Shown piece by piece: positions 1 to 12,489 of a stretch of DNA of 42,098 bases (within the stretch, counting starts at the first letter, position 1; each line of letters starts with the position of its first letter). This DNA comes from Octopus bimaculoides (Eukaryota), in contig NC_068985.1 in the NCBI RefSeq assembly GCF_001194135.2, forward strand, positions 111,503,602 through 111,545,699, given 5' to 3'. Under the pieces are notes generated by a model. It was not told the DNA's origin and made no database searches. It saw nothing but the letters and a program-made list of their open reading frames with translations. The position numbers and the translations under genes are program-made.

Positions 1-700
1 TGATGATAATGATACCATGGTTGTTATTGTTGTAGTCACTCCTGTTGTTGTTGATGATGGTTGTGTTGTTCACGGTGCGCCTGTTTACAGGGGGTGGTGC
101 ATGTGTTTGTGGGGGTAGTGATTGTGGGGGTGATGGTGGGTGCGTGGCGGGGGTAGTGAGGTGTCCGTAGTAATGGTTGTAGTGATTTTGTTGTTATTTG
201 AATAATTCAGTTATCAATCACTATTGATTGATCTTACAGATGACTACCACCACCACAGTCACCACTGCCACCACTAATACCACTACAGTCACCACCATCA
301 ATACCACTATCACCACCACTACCGCTAACAACAACAGCGTTACCACGATCACCACTGCAACTACCACCATCACCACAGCCTCTACCAACAACAACACCAA
401 CACCACAATTACTTCTACTATAAACACTACCACCAATACCACCACTCCAACAATTATCACTACCGCCACCACCTCCCCCACCACTTCACCAATACCACCC
501 CACCACTATTACGACTACTACTGGCAACAGTACCACAAGCACGACCACCACCACCACTACTACTACTACTACTACAATCATCATAACACTACCAGCACCA
601 CCACCACTACTACAACCAGCACCACCCTTACAACTGTCATCACTACCGCACTTACCAGTGTGATCACTACCATAATCAAAGGCTGTAAAGACAAGTGGAT
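1..700. repeat. (GGT/TGT) then (ACC/ACT/AAC)n mixed trinucleotide tract
   Basis: Direct inspection; source of the poly-T/poly-V pseudo-ORFs. Confidence 0.9.
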
Positions 701-809
701 TTATGGTGGAAGAATTTTTTTAACTCCTTCAGTCTAAATGCGATGTCATCATCACTCCACCTCCTCATCACCATCCCCCTCCTCCCGTCTTTGTAGCATT
801 ATAGTCACC

Positions 810-2100
810 CTCACCCGAGAAAATTAATGCACTGGGCCCTATTGCGTTTGTTGAATGGCAGTAATCTACAACGTACATAGTGGAGGCGCAATGGCCCAGT
901 ATTTAGGGCAGCGGACTCGCGGTCATAGGATCGCGGTTTCGATTCCCAGACCGGGCGTTGTGAGTGTTTATTGAGCGAAGACACCTAAAGTTCCACGAGG
1001 TTCCGGCAGGGGATGGTGGCGAACCCTGCTGTACTCCACCACCACAACTTTCTTTCACTCTTACTTCCTGTTTCTGTTGTGCCTGTAATTCAAAGGGTCA
1101 GCCTTGNNNNNNNNNNCCCTGCTGTACTCCACCACCACAACTTTCTTTCACTCTTACTTCCTGTTTCTGTTGTGCCTGTAATTCAAAGGGTCAGCCTTGT
1201 CACACTGTGTCACGCTGAATATCCCCGAGAACTACGTTAAGGGTACACGTGTCTGTGGAGTACTCAGCCATTTGCACGTTAATTTCACGAGCAGGCTGTT
1301 CCGTTGATCGAATCAACTGGAGCCCTCGACGTCGTAAGCGATGGATTGCCAACAACAACAACAACAACGTACATAAATCTGAATTGGGCTCCAAGACCCT
1401 TGAGGCCCCAGACAAATCAATACGCTGGGTTCTATAGTTTTTAACAGCAAATCAAAATATGAATAGATCAAAATTGCGTTCCTAGCTCCCTGAGGCTCTC
1501 GGGCAAATAAATTAAAGCATAGGGCCCCGTAGTATTTATTTACTGACTGCAAGCTAAAACGTACATAGATGAGAGTTCAGCCCCTTGACACTTGAGGTCT
1601 CCGGACATATCAGTGCACTGGACCCTAGAGTTTTTAACAGCAAATAAAAACATACATAGATCAGAATTGGTTTTCTAGAGCCGTGAAACCCCTGTGAAAA
1701 TCAATGCACTGAGGCCTATAGTAATTATTTATTACCAGCAAGCGAGAACATAGATAGATCAGATCTGAGCCCCTAGGCCCGTGCAACAAACCAGTACACT
1801 GGATCCTGTAGGATCTGTCTATTGACGGTAAGCCACAGAATATGCTGATCAAAATCGTGATCCAATGTACTGGGCCCTATAATATTTATTTGACACCAAG
1901 CCAAAACACACATAGATCAAAATTGAACCCCTAGAACCTTGAGGTTCCCGGACAAATGAAAGTACTGGGGCCCTATACTATTTACTGACAAGAAACAAAC
2001 ATACATAGGTCAGAACTAGGTCGTAGACCCTTGAAACCCCCTTGCCCTATATTTACTGACAGCAGGTTAAACCAAATATTGAATTAAGCCCCTTGATCTG
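810..2100 (+). repeat. Degenerate ~90-100-bp tandem array (~9 units) interrupted by the family B SINE
   Basis: Anchor ATAGATC-like motifs at ~1373, 1463, 1565, 1656, 1754, 1844, 1912 and 2005; recurring CACTGGGCCCTA(T)A. Confidence 0.8.
881..1363 (+). mobile_element. Full-length tRNA-derived SINE (family B) with (AAC)n tail and 12-bp TSD
   Basis: A-box-like TGGCCCAGT (892-900), B-box GGTTTCGATTCCC (935-947), tail ...GATGGATTGCC(AAC)n. TSD ACAACGTACATA at 868-879 and 1364-1375. Confidence 0.88.
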
Positions 2101-2252
2101 TGAAGCTCCCGAGTAACTTCACTGCCTGATCTTCCTCCTCCAACAACAACAGCAACACCGTTACAGTCTCCAGCATCAGAACAACCACCACCACCACCAC
2201 CATCACAACCATCGCCACTACTACTACCACCACCACCACCACCATACACTCT

Positions 2253-2592
2253 TTTACTCTTTTACTTGTTTCAGTCATTTGACTGCGGCCATGCTGGAGC
2301 ACCGCCTTTAGTCGAGCAAACCGACCCCAGGTATTATTCTTTGGAAGCTTAGTACTTATTTTATCGGTCCCTTTTGCCGAACCGCTAGTTTACGGGGAGG
2401 TAAACACACCACCATCGGTTGTCAAGCAATGTTGGGGAGGACAAGCACAGACACACAAATATATACACACACACATACATACATATATATATATATACAT
2501 ACGACAGGCTTCTTTCAGTTTCCGTCTACCAAATCCACTCACAAGGCTTTGGTCGACCCGAGGCTATAGTAAAAGACACTTGCCCAAGGTGC
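2253..2592 (-). mobile_element. SINE family A copy
   Basis: TCTTTTACTTGTTTCAGTCATTTGACTGCGGCCATGCTGGAG...GACACTTGCCCAAGGTGC. Confidence 0.88.
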
Positions 2593-2697
2593 TACTCCTG
2601 TCACTACGCACCCTACCATCACTACACACTACCAGCTCCACCAGTTGTGCCACCGCCACCACTGAATAAACCACTATCACGAAACAGAGCACCACTA

Positions 2698-2729
<32 letters not shown>

Positions 2730-2759
2730 CACAACATTCTTGCCTTTACTCAAGACTTC

Positions 2760-3330
2760 AACATCGCTATCGTCGTGTCGTCTTTATCGTCATTAACGTC
2801 ATCATCGCCGCCATCATCTTCAGTAGCAGCAGCAGCAGTATCACTATGACCAACATCGTCGTTGTCGTTATCCTCATCATCTCCGTCATCATGAAAAGTA
2901 TTGTCTTGGTCATCATCATTATTGCCACTGTCGTCATCGTCATCATCATCATCATCATCATAATCTTCATTGACAAAATCTTCATCATCATAATCTTCAC
3001 CATCTCCATCATCAACTTCATCATCCCCATCTTCATCTTCATCATCTTCTTCATCATCATCTTCTTCATCATCATCTTCATCATCATCATCATCATCATC
3101 ATCTTCATCATCATCATCTTCTTCATCATCATCATCATCTTCATCATCATCATCACCATCATCTTCTTTATCATCGTCATCTTCATAATCTTCGTCTTCT
3201 TCACCGTCGCCTTCATCTCCATACTTCATCATCATTATCTTCATCTTCATCACACGTCATCATCATCATGAACAGTTTTGTCATCATCATGAACAGTTTT
3301 GTCATCATCATCATCATCATCATCATCGAC
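2760..3330. repeat. (CAT/CTT/CGT)n tract
   Basis: Direct inspection; gives the poly-D/E, poly-M and poly-I pseudo-ORFs. Confidence 0.9.
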
Positions 3331-3942
3331 ATCAGAATTGTTATCATTTATGCTCTTAAGAGTTCCTAATTCCAACATCAACCAGAATTCTTTTATCTTT
3401 TGTCTTTTAATCAGACAGCCCCGCCTTTCTCTCACCGTTCTCTTCCTTCCTCTTTTTTTTCTTTATTATCTGACGTTCAACTGAAAGGCATTAACAATCA
3501 TTATAGATCTCGTACAAATATATACGTACATACCATGTGTGTGTGTGTGTGTGTGGTGTTCATTTCTTTCATTCAAAGCTGAGGCTTCGCCCAGTAACTG
3601 CGTAACTGCTTCCAAATATAGCCTTCTATCATGGAGTGGAGATTTAACTACGAACAAAACAATAAGCTCTACTGCATGTAATATATGTATGTGTGTAAGT
3701 GCATGTGCGTACGGATGATGGTTTGTATGTGTGTGAGTGTGTGTGTGTGTGTGTGAGGTCATTAAGAATGAAATGTCCGATTTTCTTATATACCAAGTTT
3801 GACAATCGTTAACTCTAATGTTTTATCCTGACAATTTTTTGTTTTGCCACATTGAAGAGTTACATCATCACTTTTCAAAATGCAGTTCATGGTGTCTGAT
3901 TATATTATGAGTTTTATCTTATAAATCAAGTTTTGTGAACCC

Positions 3943-4890
3943 ATGGATAGATAAAAAAAAAACGTGTTTTTTATGAAGTTCTGTCGTGGAGCCAATGCAT
4001 CCCAGACAGCTCAAAACATCAATGAGGTGTTTGGTGAAGATGTGGCGAATGACCGTACAATACGTCGATGGGTTGATAAGTTCCGGTCTGGTGACTTTAC
4101 TCTCGAAAATCAGCCCTGCGGTAGACCGAGACCGAGGTGGATAATGGAGACCGTAGTAGAAGCGAATACATCTCAAACTACGCTTAAGTTAGCAGTAAGG
4201 TTTGATGTTTCAATTCCAACTGTACTGGGCCATCTGAAACAAATCGGCAAGGTAAAGAAGCTGGACAGGTGGGTACCACACGAACTAAACGGCATAAAAG
4301 CGAACAATTTTTGCATCGTATTGTTACGTGTAATAAAAAAAATGGATTCGTTTCAACAATAGCAAGCGTTCTGCTCGGTGGTTGGATAGAGACGAAGTGC
4401 CAAAACACAATCTAAAAAAGAATATTCACCAAAAAAAGCTAATGGTCTCTGTTTGGTGATCCAGCACTGGTGTCATCCACTATAGCTTCACGAGATCTGG
4501 TAAGTCAATTAAAGCGAATGTATACATCAACCAGTTGGATGAAATGATAAGTGAACTTGCAATTAAATAACCGATATTGATTAATAGAGACAGGCCAATT
4601 CTCTTGCAAGATAAGGCTCGACAACATGTTGCATAAAGAACGCTACTCAAGTTACAGGGACTGAAGTACTCTGTCATCCACCATATTCACCAGGCCTTGC
4701 ACCAACTGACTATCATGTTTTCCAAGCTTTAGACAACTTTTTGCAAGGAAAAAATTCAAATCTGAAGAAGACGCAAAAGCAGCCTTTCGTGATTTCATCA
4801 CCTCTTGCTCTCCAGAATTCTTTGCTGCCCGCATAAGTAAGCTACCGATAAAATGGCAAAATTGAGCTGATAATTTAGGTACATACTCTA
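3943..4890 (+). pseudogene. Mariner transposase pseudogene (Hsmar1/SETMAR-like family)
   Basis: N-terminal HTH (TAQNINEVFGEDVANDRTIRRWVDKFRSG) and WVPHEL at 4270-4287. After frameshifts: RIVTCN.KWI, HQKKLMVSVW, LLQDKAR.HVA, HPPYSPGLAPTDYHVF (~4678-4720). Several stops and frameshifts. Confidence 0.92.
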
Positions 4891-4965
4891 ACTGCATTGC
4901 TTTTTGTTGAGATATTTATTTTATAAATATCTCAACAAAAAGCAATGCAGTTAAAGTATGCACCT
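4877..4965. repeat. 89-bp palindrome at the mariner 3' end
   Basis: 43-bp arms with 2 mismatches and a TTT loop (4920-4922). Confidence 0.93.
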
Positions 4966-5467
4966 TTCAGTTCAAAATTGGACATTTCATNNNNNNNNNN
5001 NNNNNNNNNNNNNNNNNNNNNNNNNNNNNNNNNNNNNNNNNNNNNNNNNNNNNNNNNNNNNNNNNNNNNNNNNNNNNNNNNNNNNNNNNNNNNNNNNNNN
5101 NNNNNNNNNNNNNNNNNNNNNNNNNNNNNNNNNNNNNNNNNNNNNNNNNNNNNNNNNNNNNNNNNNNNNNNNNNNNNNNNNNNNNNNNNNNNNNNNNNNN
5201 NNNNNNNNNNNNNNNNNNNNNNNNNNNNNNNNNNNNNNNNNNNNNNNNNNNNNNNNNNNNNNNNNNNNNNNNNNNNNNNNNNNNNNNNNNNNNNNNNNNN
5301 NNNNNNNNNNNNNNNNNNNNNNNNNNNNNNNNNNNNNNNNNNNNNNNNNNNNNNNNNNNNNNNNNNNNNNNNNNNNNNNNNNNNNNNNNNNNNNNNNNNN
5401 NNNNNNNNNNNNNNNNNNTATATATATATGTTAATTCTTTAAATGAAGTATTAACAGTAACTGCACG

Positions 5468-5802
5468 ATAAAATGTAGTATATTGCCACTTAAGTGTGGC
5501 TGACCCCTAGGGGTGGATGTTACTGTTGCTTTTAGTCCCAGGAGGACATCTCCTCCAGCAGGGCTTATCGACACACTACTGTGTCCTGTTTTCCAAGGGA
5601 ATTTATCCCTCCCATCATGATCTGTAGCATGGGTCCGTTCGTGCTACAGATCATGATGGGAGGGATAACTTCCCTTGGCAAACAGGACACAGTAGTGTGT
5701 CGATAAGCCAGCTGGAGGAGATGTCCTCCTGGGGCTAAAAGCAACAGTAACATCCACCCCTAGGGGTCAGCCATACTTAAGTGGCAATATACTACACTTT
5801 AT
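5468..5802. repeat. 335-bp fold-back palindrome (MITE-like)
   Basis: Arms 5468-5631 and 5640-5802 differ by about 7 substitutions and 1 indel (~95% identity); loop ~8 nt. Confidence 0.95.
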
Positions 5803-6902
5803 ATATATATGTATATATATATATATATAGTAGTAGTAGTAGTAAAATACCTTGGTACGGTTGATGAAACAACTTCAACATTTCAAGTACTAAGCTCACT
5901 GCTAGATATGACTAACCTGTTAACCTTCCTAAACCGAAGACAAACAAGCAAAAATGAATACCAGTCATATATTAGTTGTTGATTAACAGTAGACTTCTAA
6001 CCAATTTTAGAAATCCTATAATTATTTTTAAATGTATACACAATTTTATTCGTTTCACAGTTTAGAAAGCAAAGAAAATGCTTATTTAGTTTTACGAGAC
6101 ATTTTAGAAAGATCTTCATCTGACTTGCTTAAACTTGACAGTCTCTATTAAGTTTGAAGTATTCACATATACTCCAGCTAGTCAACGTGTTAATTAGGTC
6201 ATTACGATCTGTCAACGAAATTTAGTCAATTATATAAATATCTAAGAAGAATTGGCGCCCGTTTTGTGATTCTGTTTCGAAATAATTTCATTCTTTCATC
6301 ATAAGATCATATCGAGATGCTATGAAAAGAGATAGTTCTCTATTTTTCCTTCTTTGTTTTTCTTTTTTTTTCCCCTGATATCTGGAGTTGGGTGTACTAC
6401 AAGGATCTGTTTGAGGCCCGTGGTATTTTTTACATGGATTGATGTTAGGTACATAATATATGGGTGAGGTTTACAGGGAACGCTAATTAAATGATGTTCA
6501 TCAATGTTTCACTCACACGTTATGAGTTTTCTTATTTATCTATTTGTTAGTTTGTTAATTTATTTCTTTGTTTATTTGTTGCGATCAACAAAAAGATTGC
6601 TACAACAGTCATGTTTTTAAATGACTAAAACAACTTTAATACATCACAGAATTAATCTCATCTTCTGTATGTTTCTCTACAACACTACCTCCTCACCTGC
6701 TCAACACACACACACACATGCACAGAGTATATATTATAATACATATGCATATATGTGCGCGTGTTTGTGCCTAATGATAAGACTGTTAAAGTGTAGATAT
6801 ATATATATGTGTGTGTATATCGGTCTCTTGTTGAACTGCCAAGTTACGAGAACACAAACAAAAGAACGCCGCTTGTCAAGCGATGAACACAAACACACAC
6901 TC

Positions 6903-7045
6903 ATAGATAGATAGATAGGTAGGTAGATAGATAGGTAAGTAGATAGATAGATAGATAGATAGATAGGGAGGGAGATAGGTAGGTAGGTAGATGGATAGAT
7001 AGATAGACAGGTAGATAGAAAGGTAAATAGGTAGGTAGGTAGGTG
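6903..7045. repeat. (GATA/GGTA)n tetranucleotide tract
   Basis: Direct inspection. Confidence 0.9.
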
Positions 7046-7379
7046 GATACAATGGGTTTCTATACAGCTTCTGTCTACCAAATTTACTCACAAAGCATTA
7101 AGGGACCCGAGGTCAAAGTAGAAAACACGTGCTTAAACTGCCCCGCAAAGGGATTGAACCTGAAACCACGTGGTTGCAAAATGAGTTTCGGAACCACATA
7201 TCCATACGGTATCATGTAGTTTACAGTTAAATCTCTGTTTATTCCTAGTTTCTCTATATTTTGTTTCGTTGCTGCTGCTGCTGCTTTGGTCGACTGTCCA
7301 CACCCCACCTCTTTTTTTTTGTGTGGTGCAATTGTTTTCCAGGCTAGAATGTCTAGAACGATAGCGTTATCCAATGTGG

Positions 7380-7560
7380 AAATGCGTGGCTTCGTGGTTT
7401 GGGTGTTAGACTCATGATCGTGAGATTGGAGTTTCAATTCCTGGACTGGGCGATTCGTTGTGTTTTCCTCGAGCAAAACACCTCATTTGACGTTGCTCTC
7501 GTTCACTCAGCTGACAAAAGTTTGTTTCCCTGTGACAGACAGGGGTGAAAATTCGAGAAA
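7380..7560 (+). mobile_element. Diverged tRNA-derived SINE with a family-B-like head
   Basis: GCGTGGCTTCGTGGTT...AGTTTCAATTCCTGGACTGGGC, then TTGTGTTTTCCTCGAGCAAAACAC, similar to 885-985. Confidence 0.55.
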
Positions 7561-8094
7561 ACGGCCGAAAATTCGAGAAAACGGCTCTATGAGTCTATGT
7601 AACTCAAGAAAGAGCTTTATCCGTTTTTTTTAATCATTGTCGAATGCATCCTTTCTTCTTAAAACAATAAAGTACATTATGAGGGAGATTTGGCTTCTAT
7701 TCATGTAGTTCAACTCCCTGCAAAGCTTATCTTCACCGCTGTTGTGTCAACTGAGTTTTTGGCGACGAACTTCAGGTGTACTCAACTAACCAATTCTCTT
7801 AATAGACTTGCGTCCCTAATGGGACCCAGACTAGTTGAGATAGATCTTTAAGGGCAGTAGATTTCCCTCAAGGCCACGTACAATACATTTAAACCTTCTG
7901 GGGTTTCGGAATTAATTTGGGAAACGCTTTCTCTTTGTAACACCTTTTCTTTCATGTGTGGACTTCATAAATTGTTTTCGAAGCAGCAACATTAGTAGTA
8001 ATGTATCACTTTGACCTCGTGGAGCCTTGGAGTATTAACACTGCACTTCAAGAAAACACTTGTCAAAAACTATTACTGCCACCCACACAAGCTG

Positions 8095-8483
8095 CTTCTC
8101 TCAGTCTCTTTCTCTCTCTCTCTCTTTCTCTTTGTAGCACTCACAATCTCTACATTTTATCTCTCTCTCCTCCCTCTCTCCTTCTTTGTCTCAACTTCTA
8201 TTTCTCTCTCTATCTCTCTCTGTCTAGCACTCGCAATTTCGCCATTTCTTTCTCTCTCCTTCTCTTTCTTTTTGTCTGAATCCCTCTCCGTCTTTTTTTC
8301 TCTGTCTCGCAATCTTTCCGTTCCCCCCTCTCTCTCTCTCTCCCTCTCTCTCTCACTCTTTGCATCTCTCTCTTGTTTTTTCATTCCGTGTCTCTTTCGC
8401 TCGGTTTCTATCTACTACCCTCCCTCTCCTTCTCTCCCTTTCCCTCCTCTTCTCTCCTCCCCTCCTCTTCTCTCCTCCCCCTT
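8095..8483. repeat. (CT)n / polypyrimidine tract
   Basis: Direct inspection; runs into a gap. Confidence 0.9.
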
Positions 8484-9059
8484 NNNNNNNNNNNNNNNNN
8501 NNNNNNNNNNNNNNNNNNNNNNNNNNNNNNNNNNNNNNNNNNNNNNNNNNNNNNNNNNNNNNNNNNNNNNNNNNNNNNNNNNNNNNNNNNNNNNNNNNNN
8601 NNNNNNNNNNNNNNNNNNNNNNNNNNNNNNNNNNNNNNNNNNNNNNNNNNNNNNNNNNNNNNNNNNNNNNNNNNNNNNNNNNNNNNNNNNNNNNNNNNNN
8701 NNNNNNNNNNNNNNNNNNNNNNNNNNNNNNNNNNNNNNNNNNNNNNNNNNNNNNNNNNNNNNNNNNNNNNNNNNNNNNNNNNNNNNNNNNNNNNNNNNNN
8801 NNNNNNNNNNNNNATATATATATATATATATATAGATAGATATATATATAACATGCTCTCTTTCGTATCAGCTAAATAATAAGCATTTGCAGATTCCTAT
8901 CTCATTATACATCACCTGCGCATTCCTACAATAATTGCATCCAGAGTGGTTTGTCGTAAATGGACGAGCTAAACAACTGGTTGATTGACATGCTAGAAAT
9001 ACTAACCTAGCTCTCTCAAGTCACACCCTAACGTCTTATGGGAGTATCTTATCTTTCTT

Positions 9060-9395
9060 TTATCATTTACTTGTTTCAGTCATTAGACTGCGGCCATGCT
9101 GGGGCACCACCTTGAAGAACTTTAGTCGAGCGAATCGACTCAAGTATTGTTTTTAAAAGCCTGGTACTTATTCTATCGATCTCTTATTCCGAACTGCTAA
9201 GTTACGGGGATACAAACACACACATACATATATACATAGACGACGGGCTTCTTTCAGTTTCCGTTTACCAAACCAACTCACAAGGCTTTGGTCGGCCCTA
9301 GGCGTTAGTAGTAGACACTTGCCTAAGGTGTCACGCAGTGAGACTGAACCCGAAACCACGTGGTTGGGAAGCAAATTTCTTACCACGCAGCCATC
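9060..9395 (-). mobile_element. SINE family A copy
   Basis: Same tail, core and head motifs on the minus strand. Confidence 0.85.
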
Positions 9396-10326
9396 AGACA
9401 ATCTAGTCGCCTATATACAAAAGAACGAAAAAGAAAAGAAAGAAACCTGTTNNNNNNNNNNNNNNNNNNNNNNNNNNNNNNNNNNNNNNNNNNNNNNNNN
9501 NNNNNNNNNNNNNNNNNNNNNNNNNNNNNNNNNNNNNNNNNNNNNNNNNNNNNNNNNNNNNNNNNNNNNNNNNNNNNNNNNNNNNNNNNNNNNNNNNNNN
9601 NNNNNNNNNNNNNNNNNNNNNNNNNNNNNNNNNNNNNNNNNNNNNNNNNNNNNNNNNNNNNNNNNNNNNNNNNNNNNNNNNNNNNNNNNNNNNNNNNNNN
9701 NNNNNNNNNNNNNNNNNNNNNNNNNNNNNNNNNNNNNNNNNNNNNNNNNNNNNNNNNNNNNNNNNNNNNNNNNNNNNNNNNNNNNNNNNNNNNNNNNNNN
9801 NNNNNNNNNNNNNNNNNNNNNNNNNNNNNNNNNNNNNNNNNNNNNNNNNNNNNNNNNNNNNNNNNNNNNNNNNNNNNNNNNNNNNNNNNNNNNNNNNNNN
9901 NNNNNNNNNNNNNNNNNNNNNNNNNNNNNNNNNNNNNNNNNNNNNNNNNNNNNNNNNNNNNNNNNNNNNNNNNNNNNNNNNNNNNNNNNNNNNNNNNNNN
10001 NNNNNNNNNNNNNNNNNNNNNNNNNNNNNNNNNNNNNNNNNNNNNNNNNNNNNNNNNNNNNNNNNNNNNNNNNNNNNNNNNNNNNNNNNNNNNNNNNNNN
10101 NNNNNNNNNNNNNNNNNNNNNNNNNNNNNNNNNNNNNNNNNNNNNNNNNNNNNNNNNNNNNNNNNNNNNNNNNNNNNNNNNNNNNNNNNNNNNNNNNNNN
10201 NNNNNNNNNNNNNNNNNNNNNNNNNNNNNNNNNNNNNNNNNNNNNNNNNNNNNNNNNNNNNNNNNNNNNNNNNNNNNNNNNNNNNNNNNNNNNNNNNNNN
10301 NNNNNNNNNNNNNNNNNNNNNNNNNN

Positions 10327-10414
10327 ATTATTATTATTATCATTATTATTATTATCATTATTATTATTATCATTATTATTATTATCATTATTATTATTAT
10401 CATTATTATTATTA

Positions 10415-10448
<34 letters not shown>

Positions 10449-10498
10449 CTCCCCCGAACTTGATGGCCTTGTGCCAAAATTTGAAACCATTATTATTA

Positions 10499-10536
<38 letters not shown>

Positions 10537-10550
10537 ATTATTATTATTTG
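10327..10550. repeat. (ATT)n with a 15-bp (ATT)4ATC periodicity
   Basis: Direct inspection; contains a family C-like tail remnant at ~10450-10490. Confidence 0.9.
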
Positions 10551-10697
10551 TGACATCAATAAATTTCGGCATTAATCAATGACAACATGTCCAGAATGTG
10601 CACTCTATATCCATAATCAATACGGGAAGTTATAAAAATGTGAAGGGTTGTGATGTAAATATTTCACGTCTGATATTTCGTCAATACTGTACGACGT

Positions 10698-10731
<34 letters not shown>

Positions 10732-11536
10732 GCTATACACACCTGTATACGCGCGCGCATGCATACATACGTAGCTGTGTGATTAAGAAATTCATATTTC
10801 AACATGTTAGTGCGTGTATATATGTATATGTGTGTGTGTGTATGTATACACGTGTATCTATGTATGTGTATGTATATAGGTATATGTCAGTATATATTTA
10901 TGCGCATGTGTATGTACATATGTACGTCTATGTATTTATGCGCGTCTGTATGTATATACGTATGTCTATGTTTTCATACGCGTGTGTATGTATATATATA
11001 TATATATATGTGTGTGTGTATCTATGCGTGCGTATGTATGTCTATATGTATCTATGCGAGTGTATATATATATGTGTGTGTGAGTTTGTATATGTTTATA
11101 TATGTAAGAATGTATGTGTGTGTGTCTGAGTTTNNNNNNNNNNNNNNNNNNNNNNNNNNNNNNNNNNNNNNNNNNNNNNNNNNNNNNNNNNNNNNNNNNN
11201 NNNNNNNNNNNNNNNNNNNNNNNNNNNNNNNNNNNNNNNNNNNNNNNNNNNNNNNNNNNNNNNNNNNNNNNNNNNNNNNNNNNNNNNNNNNNNNNNNNNN
11301 NNNNNNNNNNNNNNNNNNNNNNNNNNNNNNNNNNNNNNNNNNNNNNNNNNNNNNNNNNNNNNNNNNNNNNNNNNNNNNNNNNNNNNNNNNNNNNNNNNNN
11401 NNNNNNNNNNNNNNNNNNNNNNNNNNNNNNNNNNNNNNNNNNNNNNNNNNNNNNNNNNNNNNNNNNNNNNNNNNNNNNNNNNNNNNNNNNNNNNNNNNNN
11501 NNNNNNNNNNNNNNNNNNNNNNNNNNNNATATATAT

Positions 11537-11626
11537 GAACCATGTCGTTGAGAAGCAAGTTTCTTACCACACAGCCATATATATATGGCTGTGTGGTAAG
11601 AAGCTTGCTTCCCAACGACATGGTTC
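11537..11626. repeat. 90-bp palindrome made of a SINE head and its inverted copy around (AT)5
   Basis: 40-bp arms, 2 mismatches. Confidence 0.9.
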
Positions 11627-11745
11627 TGGTTTCAATCTCACTGTGTGGCACCTCGAGAAGGTGTCTTCTACTGTAGCCTCGGACCGACCAAAACCTTGTG
11701 AGTGGATTTGGTAGATGAAACTGAAAGAAGCTCGTCGTGTATATA

Positions 11746-11778
<33 letters not shown>

Positions 11779-12489
11779 ATACACACACTATGGGCTTCTT
11801 TTAGTTTCCGTCTCATGAAGATTTGGTCGGCCTGAGGTTATGGTAGAAGACACCTGCCCAAGATGCCACGCGGTGCCACTGAGCCCGGAACCATATGGTT
11901 GGTAAGCAAGCTTCATACCCAAATACACATTCTCGATTGCACATACACAACACGTATGCTTTGTTTATTCGCCGATTTCGCTGCGGGATAGCTTTTAGGG
12001 AAACTCTGTAATAAGGCTAGGTGTTAAAGCAGACTAACCAGCTGAGATCTAGCAGAATCGGTTTCACTCAGGACGACGCTGTGGTCAACGTTTCCTTTCA
12101 TAGTTTCAGCGTCGATAGCATAAAACACTTGGGTTGATAGTATCGACTGATCCTTTCACCCCTTAAAACTGCTGACAGTGTAACCAAATTTGAAACAATT
12201 ACAGAATTAGCCGGGTACTTTCTGATACCACTTGTTATCGTTGACTCTGATTTAACAGATCTTCGATCAAAATCACATCAAAACCGGTTATAAATTTGCC
12301 CTAATGTAATCTGATTTTTTAATAAACTGTTCGCCGTACATTAAGTATGTGGTTCTCAACTGGGGGCTTTATGAACCCTAGTGGTCCACATAAGATTGGG
12401 GGGGGGGCAGCAAGCAAATTATTAAAATGGGGTTCAACAACAGTATCTTAGGCGTCCAGGAACAAGAATGCGCTTTAGATGTGTTTTCT

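Larger units (their letters stand above)
3754..4990 (+). mobile_element. Mariner (DD34D-type) DNA transposon, near full length, decayed
   Basis: Left end ...ATGAAATGTCCGATTTT (3768-3784) is the inverted match of right end AAAATTGGACATTTCAT (4974-4990, then cut by a gap). It encloses a transposase remnant. Confidence 0.9.

Noticed and set aside
881-956. tRNA gene
   Set aside because: A/B boxes are present but I see no complete cloverleaf, and it continues into a SINE body with a tail and TSD. The same applies to the other SINE heads.
1024-1199. 83-bp tandem duplication inside the family B SINE
   Set aside because: Identical copies flank a 10-N gap and the 22681 copy has one; almost certainly an unmerged contig overlap.
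810-2100. CRISPR-like repeat/spacer array
   Set aside because: Eukaryotic context, whole units are homologous and degenerate, and there are no unique spacers or cas genes.
221-3435. Poly-T/V/I/D/E/M ORFs (mucin-like or acidic)
   Set aside because: They are translations of trinucleotide microsatellites open in several frames on both strands, with no unique coding sequence.
6252-6261. TGGCGCCCG resembling a tRNA-Lys primer-binding site
   Set aside because: Only a 9-nt match, with no adjacent LTR or retroelement ORF.
7545-7585. 20-bp tandem duplication (similar ones at 3255-3305, 15745-15885, 41006-41045)
   Set aside because: Ordinary slippage duplications with no further structure.
12346-12470. 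hAT-like start GTGGTTCTCAACTGGGGG
   Set aside because: No convincing second TIR or 8-bp TSD; too decayed to call.
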